NCBI GenBank assembly: GCA_902803715.1
Contig: CADCRA010000141.1
Span: 2,132-66,131 of the forward strand
Origin: an uncultured Bacteroidia bacterium
GTDB lineage: Bacteria > Bacteroidota > Bacteroidia > Bacteroidales > UBA932
DNA length: 64,000 bases
Direction: 5' to 3'
Under the pieces are notes generated by a model that ran no database searches, was not told where the DNA came from, and worked only from the letters and a program-made list of their open reading frames with translations. Position numbers and translations under genes: made by a program. Positions within the stretch are counted from its first letter, which is position 1. Each line of letters begins with the position of its first letter. Positions 30,654 to 40,932 of this stretch are shown piece after piece.

Positions 30654-31353
30654 GCTTGATCAGCGGATCCTGCTTGGCATATTCCTGGGCGTCCTTGCGG
30701 AGGCTGTGCAGGTAGACGATGATCAGGGCGATCAGGATGATGATGCCGACGAAGTCCATGAGCCCGAGCGAGATTTCGTTCCGGAAGGTCTGGAAACTGA
30801 CGGAAAACTCGCGGAACGGGCGGATGAAGAAAAACAGCGTGTTGACGATGATGACGATCAGGCGGAGTTCGGTCGGTCCCATCTTGGCGTACGTCAGCTT
30901 GAATTCGTTCTTGAGATGGGCGCTGATGTAGACGTAGATCGACAGGATCAGGTAGGCGACGAGCACCAGGAGGGCGGTATACATGTTCATCATCGGGGAC
31001 AGGCCCAGGCCGATGAACATGAAAGCCTCATTGATGCAGTCGACATTGTGGTCGATGAAGAAGCCGTAGGTCTTGCGCTGCTGGTTGTGGACACGGGCGA
31101 ACGTACCGTCCAGGGAATCCCCGTACCAGTTGACGAAGAAACCGAAGGAAGCGAGCCAGATCCAGGCCAGGTTCAGGTTGGACAGGGCATAGCCGATGGC
31201 AATGATGACGGCTCCGATGAAGCCGATGAAAGTGAGGATGTCGGAAGTCATCCATTTGGGCTGGTGCCAGGCAAGCCAGGTCAGCGCCTTCTTTTCAACG
31301 CCGTTGAGGATGGAAGTCTGTATTCTTTCCGATTGTTTTCGTTCTTCTGACAT
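30646..31353 (-). CDS. CDP-alcohol phosphatidyltransferase
   Basis: DSLDGTFAR...YGFFIDHNVD signature. Confidence 0.9.
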   Translation of the reverse strand: MSEERKQSERIQTSILNGVEKKALTWLAWHQPKWMTSDILTFIGFIGAVIIAIGYALSNLNLAWIWLASFGFFVNWYGDSLDGTFARVHNQQRKTYGFFIDHNVDCINEAFMFIGLGLSPMMNMYTALLVLVAYLILSIYVYISAHLKNEFKLTYAKMGPTELRLIVIIVNTLFFFIRPFREFSVSFQTFRNEISLGLMDFVGIIILIALIIVYLHSLRKDAQEYAKQDPLIKHE

Positions 31354-31486
31354 ATCAGTCTTGGCTAAAGTACAAATACAAATGTAGCGATTAATTCGCG
31401 AGTTTTCGAAGAAACCCTCCAAAAAACGACAAACGGCAACTTTATTTCCCTATCTTTGCAAAATCAGACAATAACACGACAGCCAC

Positions 31487-32668
31487 ATGACTAGAGAAAT
31501 TCAACCCGGGCTCTTGTATATCGGAACCCAAGACCATGACCTGGACTTGTTTGAAAGCCAATACGCCGTTCCGGACGGCATGTCTTATAATTCTTATCTG
31601 CTGGACGGCGGAAAAATCGCCATCCTGGATACCGTAGATGCCCGGAAAGCGGACGACTGGAAAGCCAACCTTTCCCAGGCGCTGGACGGCCGTCAGCCGG
31701 ACTACCTGGTCGTCCATCATATGGAACCGGACCATTCCGCACTGATCCAGTATGTCCTCGAGACCTGGCCGGGCGTGCAGCTGGTCGCTTCCGCCAAGGC
31801 GATCCAGATGCTGGGCCAGTTCTTCGACGGTGTCGATTTCAGCGGCAGGACCCTGGCCGTGAAAGAAGGAGACGTCCTGGACCTGGGTACCCGCAGCCTG
31901 AAATTCATGGCGGCGCCGATGGTCCACTGGCCGGAAGTCATGGTATCCTATGATCCTGCATCCAAGACGCTTTTCTCCGCTGACGCCTTCGGCAAATTCG
32001 GAACCCTCGATGCCGGTTTCTACGGGGACGAGGACGACGACTGGGCCTGCGAGGCGCGCCGTTACTACTTCAACATCTGCGGAAAATACGGGAATCCGGT
32101 CCAGGCCCTGCTGAAGAAAGCAGCCGCCCTGGATATCGCTTGCATCTGCCCGCTGCACGGCCCTGTCCTCCGCGAGAACCTGGGCTATTATCTGGATCTG
32201 TACAATACCTGGAGCTCCTACGGCGTGGAGACGGAAGGCGTGTTCATCGCTTACGCATCCATCCATGGCGGTACGGCTGCCGTCGCCCGGAAACTGGCGG
32301 ACATCCTGCAGGCGAAAGGCTGCCCGAAAGTGGCGCTGTGCGACCTTACGCGGGATGACCAGGCGGAAGGCGTCGAAGATGCATTCCGTTACGGAAAGGC
32401 GGTCTTTGCCGCAGCCTCCTATGACGGCGGTCTGTTCCCGCCGATGCAGATTTTCCTGCACCACCTGCAGGACAAGGCCTGGCAGAAACGCAAGGTCGGC
32501 TTGATCGAAAACGGTTCCTGGGCCCCTTGTGCGGGAAGGATCATGCGCGGTCTCCTGGAAGGGATGAAAGAGGTGGAAATCGTGGAGCCGGTGGTGACGG
32601 TCCGTAGCCGGATGAAAGCCGCTGACCAGCCCGCTCTCGAAGCCCTCGCCGACGCGATCCTGGCCTAG
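31487..32668 (+). CDS. fprA: Flavodiiron protein (A-type flavoprotein)
   Basis: HMEPDH, HWPE, DAFG, HG, flavodoxin C-domain. Confidence 0.92.
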   Translation: MTREIQPGLLYIGTQDHDLDLFESQYAVPDGMSYNSYLLDGGKIAILDTVDARKADDWKANLSQALDGRQPDYLVVHHMEPDHSALIQYVLETWPGVQLVASAKAIQMLGQFFDGVDFSGRTLAVKEGDVLDLGTRSLKFMAAPMVHWPEVMVSYDPASKTLFSADAFGKFGTLDAGFYGDEDDDWACEARRYYFNICGKYGNPVQALLKKAAALDIACICPLHGPVLRENLGYYLDLYNTWSSYGVETEGVFIAYASIHGGTAAVARKLADILQAKGCPKVALCDLTRDDQAEGVEDAFRYGKAVFAAASYDGGLFPPMQIFLHHLQDKAWQKRKVGLIENGSWAPCAGRIMRGLLEGMKEVEIVEPVVTVRSRMKAADQPALEALADAILA

Positions 32669-32670
32669 AT

Positions 32671-33750
32671 CTATTCTTTCGTTTCGGTCGGTTCCTCATC
32701 GTCTTCGGGCAGGACGATGAGCTTGCGCTGGCGCTGACGGCGTTCCCAGCGTTCCCGGGCATACTGCTGCATGTCGGAAACGACGTCGTTCTCATCGATG
32801 ATTTCCATGCCCAGGATGGTCTCGATGATGTCCTCGAGGGTCAGGATCCCCTGGAAAGCACCGTATTCATCGATGATCAGGGCGATCTGGTCCTTGGACT
32901 TGAGCAACTCCTCCCAGATGTCGCCGACCGACGTCTCCTCATTGAACATCTTGATATCCCGTTTGATCTCGCGCAGACGCATGTCGAACTTGTCGTCGGC
33001 CAGGTTCTTCAGCACATCGTACCGCATGACATAGCCGGTGATGAACTCAGGAGACTCGGCATAGACCGGGATGCGGGAATTGTGGGAAAGGTCGGGATTC
33101 TTGTAGAACTGGCGGAGGGTCATGTTCTCCGAAGCGATGTTGGCGACCACACGCGGGGTCATGACATCGTAGGCCTTGATGTCATCGAGTTTGATGATGT
33201 TCTGGATGACTTTGTTCTCGCTCTTGTCGAAAACGCCTTCCTCCTCGCCGATGTTCGCCATGGCGGAAACCTCTTCGCGGCTGATCGTCGTGTCGGCGTC
33301 GTCCGTAGCGAAGACGCGGCTCAGGTAATTGATCAGCAGGACCAGCGGATACATCAGGTAGATCAGGAAGTTCATGATGCCGGCCAGCCAGAGGAGATGC
33401 TTCCAGTGGGACGTACCGATGGTCTTCGGGATGATTTCGGAGAAGACGAGGATCAGGACGGTCATGATGGCGGAAACCAGTCCGAACCATTCGCTGCCGA
33501 ATACGATGGTCGCCTGGCGGCCCACGCCGGCGGCGCCGATGGTGTTGGCAATGGTATTGAGCGAAAGGATGGCCGCGATCGGCCGGTCGATGTCATCCTT
33601 GAGTTTGGCGAACAGTTTCGCGCTTTTGTCGCCCTCTTCCTCCCGCATGGTGATATAGGAGATCGGGGTTGACATCAGAACGGACTCCAACAGGGAACAC
33701 AGGAAGGAAATTCCCATGGCCAGAAGGAGAAATGTGAGCAAAAGTCCCAT
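32671..33750 (-). CDS. CNNM (DUF21)-CBS protein, HlyC/CorC family
   Basis: SEIIPK, VMTPR, SRIPVY, DEYG...TLEDIIE. Confidence 0.9.
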   Translation of the reverse strand: MGLLLTFLLLAMGISFLCSLLESVLMSTPISYITMREEEGDKSAKLFAKLKDDIDRPIAAILSLNTIANTIGAAGVGRQATIVFGSEWFGLVSAIMTVLILVFSEIIPKTIGTSHWKHLLWLAGIMNFLIYLMYPLVLLINYLSRVFATDDADTTISREEVSAMANIGEEEGVFDKSENKVIQNIIKLDDIKAYDVMTPRVVANIASENMTLRQFYKNPDLSHNSRIPVYAESPEFITGYVMRYDVLKNLADDKFDMRLREIKRDIKMFNEETSVGDIWEELLKSKDQIALIIDEYGAFQGILTLEDIIETILGMEIIDENDVVSDMQQYARERWERRQRQRKLIVLPEDDEEPTETKE

Positions 33751-33806
33751 TAAAGAAAAATTTGACTGCAAAAATAACTATTTTTGTGCACATATCATAT
33801 ATGGTT

Positions 33807-34442
33807 ATGGCAGACAATTATCTTGAAAACAAATTCGAGCAGTTGAATGCTGCCCGGAAGGTGGTCGTAAAACGCACGAACCCGTCCCTGGATACGCTTT
33901 TGCACAAGAACCGCAGCCACCGCGGTTTCGACAACGGCCATGTCGTGACAGAGGAGGATCTTCGCAAAATCGTTTCAGTCAACTCCTTGCTTTCCTCGGG
34001 CATGAACCGGCAACCCCTGCGCTTCAAACTGGTGACCCGGGACACCGGGGCGGAAAAAGTCCTCGGACGCATCCGGCTCGGCGGCGCGCTGCCCGAACTG
34101 CACCTGCCCCTTCCCGGCACGGAGCCCCAGGCATTCATCCTCGTCTGCTCCGCAGTCCCGGAGGACCGGATCGTCGACATCGATCTGGGCATCTCCCTGC
34201 AAAGCATGGGGCTGAAAGCCGTTGAAATGGGACTGAATGCCTTGATCATCTGCGCCTTCGACAAGCAGGCCGTCGCGGAAGATTTCGGACTGGAATCCGG
34301 TCCGCTGGCCATTCTGGCCGTCGGGAAAGGAGCCGAACACATCTTCCTCATGCCGGTCGGAGCAGGGGAGAGCCTGAAATATTACAGGAAAGACGGCGTC
34401 CACTATGTCCCGAAACTCCGCCCCGAGGACCTGATCTTGTAA
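33807..34442 (+). CDS. Nitroreductase family protein
   Basis: NRSHRGF, SGMNRQP, C-terminal HYVPK. Confidence 0.85.
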   Translation: MADNYLENKFEQLNAARKVVVKRTNPSLDTLLHKNRSHRGFDNGHVVTEEDLRKIVSVNSLLSSGMNRQPLRFKLVTRDTGAEKVLGRIRLGGALPELHLPLPGTEPQAFILVCSAVPEDRIVDIDLGISLQSMGLKAVEMGLNALIICAFDKQAVAEDFGLESGPLAILAVGKGAEHIFLMPVGAGESLKYYRKDGVHYVPKLRPEDLIL

Positions 34443-34508
34443 CATAACCTGTTGATAACTTCTTCGGAAAAGTTTCTACGCGCTCTTGATTCATCCCGAT
34501 TTTGGTTG

Positions 34509-34516
34509 TACCTTTG
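34509..34516 (+). promoter_or_regulatory. -7 promoter element of the pur operon
   Basis: TACCTTTG, about 135 nt upstream of purE. Confidence 0.6.
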
Positions 34517-34651
34517 CAATCCATATCGAGAAATATTGTCAATGACGGGACAACTTTTCTACATAGACCATTCGGAAGTCTCCTTCGGCATCGCAGCCGT
34601 TGTGAGACTTTTTCGCTTTTATAGGAATATTTAAATCATTTTAAAAAAGAT

Positions 34652-35125
34652 ATGAAGGTAGGAATCATCATGGGATCTCTTAGTGACTGGGAGGTCATGT
34701 CTGCTGCTTGCACGACGCTGGAAGAATTCGGCATCGAATACGAGAAGAAGGTCATCAGCGCCCACCGTGCCCCCGGCCTGCTTGTCGAATGGGCTTCCAC
34801 GGCCCGTGAAAGAGGCATCGGTGCAATCATCGCAGGTGCCGGCGGCGCCGCCCACCTGGCCGGCGTGACGGCCGGACTGACCCCGGTTCCGGTCATCGGC
34901 GTCCCGATCCGCACCCAAATGATGGGCGGCCTGGATTCCCTGCTTTCCGTCGTCCAGATGCCTTCCGGCGTGCCGGTTTCCACCGTCGCCATCAACGGCG
35001 CGAAGAATGCCGCGCTGGTCGCCGTCTCCATCTTCGCCCTTTCGGATCCGGCCATCGCCGCGAAATACGATGCCTTCCGGAAGAAGCAGACCGAAAAGAT
35101 CATGAACACCCAATTCCCTGAATAA
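34652..35125 (+). CDS. purE: N5-CAIR mutase / AIR carboxylase
   Basis: MGSLSD, SAHR, AGGAAHL, QMPSGVPV. Confidence 0.96.
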   Translation: MKVGIIMGSLSDWEVMSAACTTLEEFGIEYEKKVISAHRAPGLLVEWASTARERGIGAIIAGAGGAAHLAGVTAGLTPVPVIGVPIRTQMMGGLDSLLSVVQMPSGVPVSTVAINGAKNAALVAVSIFALSDPAIAAKYDAFRKKQTEKIMNTQFPE

Positions 35126-35129
35126 TACA

Positions 35130-38100
35130 ATGGCCAACAAGAGAATCTTCGTCGAAAAACGTCCTTCCTTCCGCGTCGAGGCCGAGAGCCTCCGCAAGGA
35201 ATTCAACGAGAACCTCGGACTCTCCCTGCGCGAACTCCGCCTCCTCAATGTCTATGACCTGGCCGGATTCTCCGAGGAACTGCTGGAAAAATGCCGCTAT
35301 GCGGTTTTCGGCGAAACCGTGACGGACACCGTTTCCGATGCCTGTCCCCTCGAAGGCAGGAAATACCTTGCCGTCGAGTACATCCCGGGCCAGTTCGACC
35401 AGCGCGCCTCCTCGGCCGTCGACTGCGTCCATCTGGTGGACCCCAATGCAGACGTGAAGATCCGTTCTTCGCGCCTGCTTGTTTTTGATGACGACCTGTC
35501 CGAGAAGGATCTGGCCGCGATCCGCCATTATTTCATCAATGCCGTCGAGTCCCGCGAGAAAGACCTGTCCCAGCTCAGTTTCAGCGAGCAGGCCGACGTC
35601 AAGCCAGTCCAGGTGCTGGAAGGTTTCACGTCCATGCAGGAAGCGGACCTGGCTCCCTTCTGCAAGCAGTGGGGACTGGCCATGAACACGGACGACCTTC
35701 GGGAAGTCGTCCGGTATTTCACCCGCGAACAGCGCAATCCGACCGAGACGGAACTCCGGATCCTCGACACCTACTGGAGCGACCATTGCCGCCATACGAC
35801 CTTCACGACGGAGCTGACCTCCATCAAGGTGGATGATTCCTTCGTCAAGGAAGAGATCGAATCGGTCCTGGGCGAGTTCCATGACATCCGCCGGGAACTG
35901 GGCCGGGAAAACAAGCCGCTCTGCCTGATGGAACTGGCGACCATCGGCGCCCGTTACCTGCGGAAGCAGGGCCTGCTGGACGACATGGAGCAGAGCGAGG
36001 AGAACAATGCCTGCAGCATCTTCATCGATGTCGACGTCGACGGACGCCAGGAACGCTGGCTGCTCCAGTTCAAAAACGAGACCCACAACCACCCGACGGA
36101 AATCGAGCCGTTCGGCGGTGCGTCGACCTGTCTGGGCGGCGCCATCCGTGACCCGCTTTCCGGCCGTGCCTATGTCTACCAGGCCATGCGCGTCACCGGT
36201 GCCGGCGATATCAACAAACCGGTCTCCGAGACCCTCCCGGGCAAACTCCCGCAGACCGTCATTTCCCGCAAGGCGGCTGCCGGCTACTCCAGTTACGGCA
36301 ACCAGATCGGTCTGGCCACGACCCACGTCCGGGAAATCTTCCACGACGGCTATATCGCCAAGCGCCTGGAAGTCGGTGCCGTCGTCGGTGCCGTCAAGGC
36401 GTCCAACGTCCGCCGCGAAAGCCCGGCTCCGGGTGACATCATCCTTCTGCTGGGCGGCCGTACCGGCCGTGACGGCATCGGCGGTGCAACCGGCTCTTCC
36501 AAGGAACATACCGAGGCCTCCCTCGAGACCTGCGGCAGCGAAGTACAGAAAGGCAATGCGCCGGAAGAGCGCAAACTCCAGCGCCTGTTCCGCCGCCCGG
36601 AAGTGACGAAACTGATCAAGAAATCCAATGACTTCGGCGCCGGCGGCGTCAGCGTCGCCATCGGCGAACTGACGGACGGCCTGGACATCTGGCTGGACCG
36701 GGTGCCGACCAAATACAGCGGCCTGAACCCGACCGAACTGGCGATCAGCGAATCCCAGGAACGCATGGCCGTGGTCATCGAAGCCAAGGACCGGGCTGTA
36801 TTCGAAGCCTGCTGCAACCGGGACAACGTCGAGGTCACCCATGTGGCCGACGTGACGGATTCCGGTCGCATGCGCATGTATTATAAGGGTAAGATCGTCG
36901 CCGACCTTTCCCGGGAGTTCATCGACAGTGCCGGCGCCCGCCATTTCTCGACGGCCTGCGTCGGAACGATCGACGAGAAGGATCCCTTCGTCCGCACCTA
37001 TCCCGGTGCGACCCTGCAGGAGAAAATGCAGCGGGTCCTGTCCGACAAGAACGTCGCCTCCCAGAAAGGCCTGATCGAGATGTTTGACTCGACCATCGGG
37101 CGCTCGACGGTGCTCATGCCGTTCGGCGGTGCCCACCAGTCTTCCGAGACCCAGGTTTCCGTCCAGAAACTCCCGGTCGACGGCTATACGGATACGGCCA
37201 GCATGATGGCGTACGGTTATGATCCCGAACTGACTTCCTGGAGTCCGTACCACGGCGCGGCCTATGCCGTCGTGGACGCCTGCACGAAGATGGTCGCCGC
37301 AGGCGGCGACTGGTCCGGCATGCGGTTCTCCTACCAGGAGTACTTCGAACGCATGACCCATGATCCCCATTCCTGGGGCAAGCCGCTCAGCGCCCTGCTC
37401 GGTGCCCTGAAAATGCAGCTCCGCTTCGGCCTGCCGTCCATCGGCGGCAAGGATTCGATGAGCGGATCCTTCGAACATATCAATGTCCCGCCGACCCTGA
37501 TCGCCTTCGGCATCAATACGGTCAGCGCTTCCGGCGTCATCTCGACCGACCTGAAGCAACCTGGCAACAAACTGTACCTGATCCGCCATACGCCGCTCTG
37601 CAACCAGATGCCGGATACGGTCGGACTGAAAGAAAACTGGAACTTCGTCCTGCAGGGCATCCGCGATAAGAAGATCGTTTCCGGCTGGGCCGTGGGTGTC
37701 GGCGGCGTCGCTGAGGCGCTCGCGAAGATGTCCTTCGGCAACGGTCTCGGCGTCCGGGTCAGCCTTTCCGAAGAAGATCTCTTCCGGGCCGCGTACGGAT
37801 CGGTCGTCGTCGAATCCGTCTGCGAACTGGACTGCCCGTCCGCCCTTTGCCTGGGTGAAGTGACCGCATCCGGTTTCGTCGTCAACGGCGAATCCGTCGA
37901 AGGCCTGTACGAAGCCTATGAAGGCCGTTATGCCAAGGTCTATCCGCCGACGGCGAAGCCTGCTTTCCAGGAACCGCTCAAGGCTTCCGATCCCGGCCGT
38001 GCACCCCGCCCGTATCCGGGCGAACCGGTCGACAAGCCGGTGGTGTTCCTGCCGGTTTTCCCGGGCAGCAACTGTGACTACGATACCGCCAAGGCTTTCC

Positions 38101-38837
38101 GCAATGCCGGCGCCGAAGTCCGGACGGCCGTCTTCCGCAACCTGACGCCGGAGGATGTCCTGGCTTCCATCGACGAAATGAGCCAGGCCATCGGCGAGTG
38201 CCACATCCTGGCCTTCTGCGGCGGTTTCTCCGCCGGTGACGAGCCGGATGGCAGCGGCAAGTTCATCGCCAATGTCATCAACAACGCAAAGGTGTCCGCC
38301 GCCATCGAGGCGCTGCTTTCCCGCGGCGGCCTGATCCTCGGCATCTGCAACGGCTTCCAGGCGCTCGTCAAGAGCGGCCTGCTTCCGTACGGCAAGGTCG
38401 GCATGGTCACCGTGGACAGCCCGACCCTGTTCCGCAACGACATCAACCGCCACATCTCCCAGATGGTGACGACCCGCGTGGCCTCCGTGGCCTCCCCGTG
38501 GCTCGCCGGCCTGCAGCCGGGCGACCTGCACAGCATCGCCGTCAGCCATGGCGAAGGCAAGTTCGTCGTGTCGCAGGAACTGGCTGACCGGCTCTTCGCG
38601 AACGGCCAGGTCGCCTTCCAGTATGCCGATCCGCGCACCGGCGAAGCGACCATGGTCTCGCCGTACAATCCCAACGGCTCTTATTACGCCATCGAGGGAA
38701 TCCTGAGTCCGGACGGACAGATCCTCGGCAAGATGGGCCACACCGAGCGCTATGAGCCGAATGTCTTCCGCAACATCGCCGGAAACTGCGCGCAGCCGCT
38801 CTTCCAGAATGCAGTCAATTACTTCAAAAAGAAATAA
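35130..38837 (+). CDS. purL: Phosphoribosylformylglycinamidine synthase (large, fused)
   Basis: WSDHCRH, THNHP, DFGAGG, ESQERM, GICNG, HTER. Confidence 0.96.
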   Translation: MANKRIFVEKRPSFRVEAESLRKEFNENLGLSLRELRLLNVYDLAGFSEELLEKCRYAVFGETVTDTVSDACPLEGRKYLAVEYIPGQFDQRASSAVDCVHLVDPNADVKIRSSRLLVFDDDLSEKDLAAIRHYFINAVESREKDLSQLSFSEQADVKPVQVLEGFTSMQEADLAPFCKQWGLAMNTDDLREVVRYFTREQRNPTETELRILDTYWSDHCRHTTFTTELTSIKVDDSFVKEEIESVLGEFHDIRRELGRENKPLCLMELATIGARYLRKQGLLDDMEQSEENNACSIFIDVDVDGRQERWLLQFKNETHNHPTEIEPFGGASTCLGGAIRDPLSGRAYVYQAMRVTGAGDINKPVSETLPGKLPQTVISRKAAAGYSSYGNQIGLATTHVREIFHDGYIAKRLEVGAVVGAVKASNVRRESPAPGDIILLLGGRTGRDGIGGATGSSKEHTEASLETCGSEVQKGNAPEERKLQRLFRRPEVTKLIKKSNDFGAGGVSVAIGELTDGLDIWLDRVPTKYSGLNPTELAISESQERMAVVIEAKDRAVFEACCNRDNVEVTHVADVTDSGRMRMYYKGKIVADLSREFIDSAGARHFSTACVGTIDEKDPFVRTYPGATLQEKMQRVLSDKNVASQKGLIEMFDSTIGRSTVLMPFGGAHQSSETQVSVQKLPVDGYTDTASMMAYGYDPELTSWSPYHGAAYAVVDACTKMVAAGGDWSGMRFSYQEYFERMTHDPHSWGKPLSALLGALKMQLRFGLPSIGGKDSMSGSFEHINVPPTLIAFGINTVSASGVISTDLKQPGNKLYLIRHTPLCNQMPDTVGLKENWNFVLQGIRDKKIVSGWAVGVGGVAEALAKMSFGNGLGVRVSLSEEDLFRAAYGSVVVESVCELDCPSALCLGEVTASGFVVNGESVEGLYEAYEGRYAKVYPPTAKPAFQEPLKASDPGRAPRPYPGEPVDKPVVFLPVFPGSNCDYDTAKAFRNAGAEVRTAVFRNLTPEDVLASIDEMSQAIGECHILAFCGGFSAGDEPDGSGKFIANVINNAKVSAAIEALLSRGGLILGICNGFQALVKSGLLPYGKVGMVTVDSPTLFRNDINRHISQMVTTRVASVASPWLAGLQPGDLHSIAVSHGEGKFVVSQELADRLFANGQVAFQYADPRTGEATMVSPYNPNGSYYAIEGILSPDGQILGKMGHTERYEPNVFRNIAGNCAQPLFQNAVNYFKKK

Positions 38838-38841
38838 CGAT

Positions 38842-39552
38842 ATGGAGAAACTTCAATTGCTCTTCGACGGCAATGAAAAACAGGTCTATGCGACCGATGA
38901 AAAAGACCGGGTCATCTTCCACTACAAGGATGTGGCCACCGCATACGGCGGAATCAAACGTGCGACGTTCCGCCGGAAAGGTGTCCTGACCTGCGGCATC
39001 TCCTCCATCCTGTTCCGTTACCTGAACGAGAACGGGATCAAGACCCATTTCATCGAGTCGCTCAATGACCGTGAGCAGGTCTGCCGGCCGATTACGATCA
39101 TTCCGCTGAACGTAGCGGTCCGCAATTATGCCGCCGGTACGATGGCGCGCCGTCTCGGCATCGAGCCGGGTACGAAGTTGTCCCATACCGTCATCGAACT
39201 GTTCTACAACAACGACGATCTCCGCGATCCGATGATCAATGCGGACCATGCGATAGCGCTCGGCATTGTCAATGCTGAGGAAATCGCCCTGATCCGCGAG
39301 GAGGCGCTGAAAGCCAATGAATTGATCGTCAAGCTGATGGAAGGACTCGGCATCCGGGTCGTCGACCTCAAGCTGGAATTCGGCCGGGCCTCCGACGGAA
39401 CGATCATCATGTCCGACGAGATCAGTCCGGATACCTGCCGCTTCTGGGACATGAAGACCGGCGAGGTGCTGGACAAGGACCGTTTCCGCCACGACATGGG
39501 CGGCGTCATCGATGCCTATGAATATGTATATACCCTTTTGAACCGGATGTAA
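38842..39552 (+). CDS. purC: SAICAR synthetase (divergent active site)
   Basis: KLEFG, DEISPDTCRFWD, DKDRFR; operon position. Confidence 0.88.
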   Translation: MEKLQLLFDGNEKQVYATDEKDRVIFHYKDVATAYGGIKRATFRRKGVLTCGISSILFRYLNENGIKTHFIESLNDREQVCRPITIIPLNVAVRNYAAGTMARRLGIEPGTKLSHTVIELFYNNDDLRDPMINADHAIALGIVNAEEIALIREEALKANELIVKLMEGLGIRVVDLKLEFGRASDGTIIMSDEISPDTCRFWDMKTGEVLDKDRFRHDMGGVIDAYEYVYTLLNRM

Positions 39553-39553
39553 T

Positions 39554-40915
39554 ATGGGAGTTTTCGGAGTATACGGCGTCAAGAACGCCTCGGCCATCAT
39601 TTATTACGGACTCCATGCCCTGCAGCACCGCGGGCAGGAAGGCGCCGGCATCGTCACGTTCGAGGGCGAGCAGGGCTACCGCCACCGGGCGCTCGGCCTG
39701 GTCAATGAAGTCTTCAATCCCGCCATCCTGGCTTCCCTGAAGGGCGATATCGGTATCGGCGGCGTCAAGTATGCCAACAAGTCGAAAGGGGGACTGGACT
39801 ATGTCCAGCCGCTCTATTTCCACCACAATTCCGGGGATTTCGCCGTGGTCAACGACGGCAATCTCGTCAACTCGAAGAACATCTCCGATTATCTGGAGCG
39901 CCAGGGATCGATCTTCCAGACACGGACGGACAGCGAGTTGCTGGCCCACCTGATCAAGAAGGACGCCAACGAGGCGCGAATCTTCAACATCCTCGACGCC
40001 CTGAACATGATGGAAGGCGGCTTCGCGTTCCTGATCCTGACCAAGAACCGCATCTATGCCGCCCGTGACAAATACGGCATCAAGCCGCTTGCCCTCGGCC
40101 GGCTCGGCGACGGTTATGTCGTCAGCAGCGAGACCTGTTCTTTCGAACTGATCGGCGCGACCTACCTGCGCGATATCGAACCGGGCGAAGTTGTGACGAT
40201 CGACAGCCACGGTATCCGGAGCCGGAAGTATTCCCAGTACCAGCGCCACAAGATGTGCGCGATGGAGTACATCTACCTGGCCCGTCCGGACAGCGACATC
40301 GACGGATGCAACGTCCACGCCTACCGCAAGGAGTCCGGCCGCCGGCTGTACCGGGAATGTCCTGCGGAAGCCGACATCGTCATCGGTGTCCCGGATTCCA
40401 GCCTCAGCGCCGCGATGGGTTATGCCGAAGAAAGCGGCATTCCGTATGAGATGGGCCTGATCAAGAGCAAGTACGTCGGCCGAACCTTCATCCAGCCTTC
40501 ACAGGAGATGCGGGAAAACGGCGTCAAGATGAAACTCTCCGCCGTCCGTTCCATCGTCAACGGCAAACGCATCGTCATGGTCGACGATTCCATCGTCCGC
40601 GGTACGACCTCCCTGAAGATCGTCCGCCTGCTGCGGGATGCCGGCGCCACCGAAGTCCATGTCCGCATCGCCAGTCCGATGATGAAGCATTGCTGCTATT
40701 ACGGCGTCGACACCTCGACCGAAGAGGAACTCCTGTGTTCGCACCGCACCCTCGAAGAGGCCTGCGCGATGATCGAGGCGGATTCCCTGGGCTACCTCAG
40801 CCCGGAGTCTTCAATTGCCTCCACCTTCGGCTGCTCCGAGTTGTGCCTGGCCTGCTTCACGGGCCATTATCCGACCTCCCTGTACCAGGGAAAGATTGAG
40901 AATGAAGTTGAATAA
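39554..40915 (+). CDS. purF: Amidophosphoribosyltransferase lacking Cys1
   Basis: [31 protein letters not shown], Fe-S Cys ligands. Confidence 0.93.
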   Translation: MGVFGVYGVKNASAIIYYGLHALQHRGQEGAGIVTFEGEQGYRHRALGLVNEVFNPAILASLKGDIGIGGVKYANKSKGGLDYVQPLYFHHNSGDFAVVNDGNLVNSKNISDYLERQGSIFQTRTDSELLAHLIKKDANEARIFNILDALNMMEGGFAFLILTKNRIYAARDKYGIKPLALGRLGDGYVVSSETCSFELIGATYLRDIEPGEVVTIDSHGIRSRKYSQYQRHKMCAMEYIYLARPDSDIDGCNVHAYRKESGRRLYRECPAEADIVIGVPDSSLSAAMGYAEESGIPYEMGLIKSKYVGRTFIQPSQEMRENGVKMKLSAVRSIVNGKRIVMVDDSIVRGTTSLKIVRLLRDAGATEVHVRIASPMMKHCCYYGVDTSTEEELLCSHRTLEEACAMIEADSLGYLSPESSIASTFGCSELCLACFTGHYPTSLYQGKIENEVE

Positions 40916-40932
40916 TCATAGTAACTGAATAT

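Noticed and set aside
34443-34651. Known ZTP, guanine or PRPP riboswitch
   Set aside because: Consensus cores not recognisable by eye; kept only as a generic attenuator candidate
35100-38741. Long antisense ORFs (1213 aa here; also 484-2280, 9743-11908, 15108-17624, 50599-53328)
   Set aside because: Shadows of real high-GC genes on the opposite strand; no recognisable motifs
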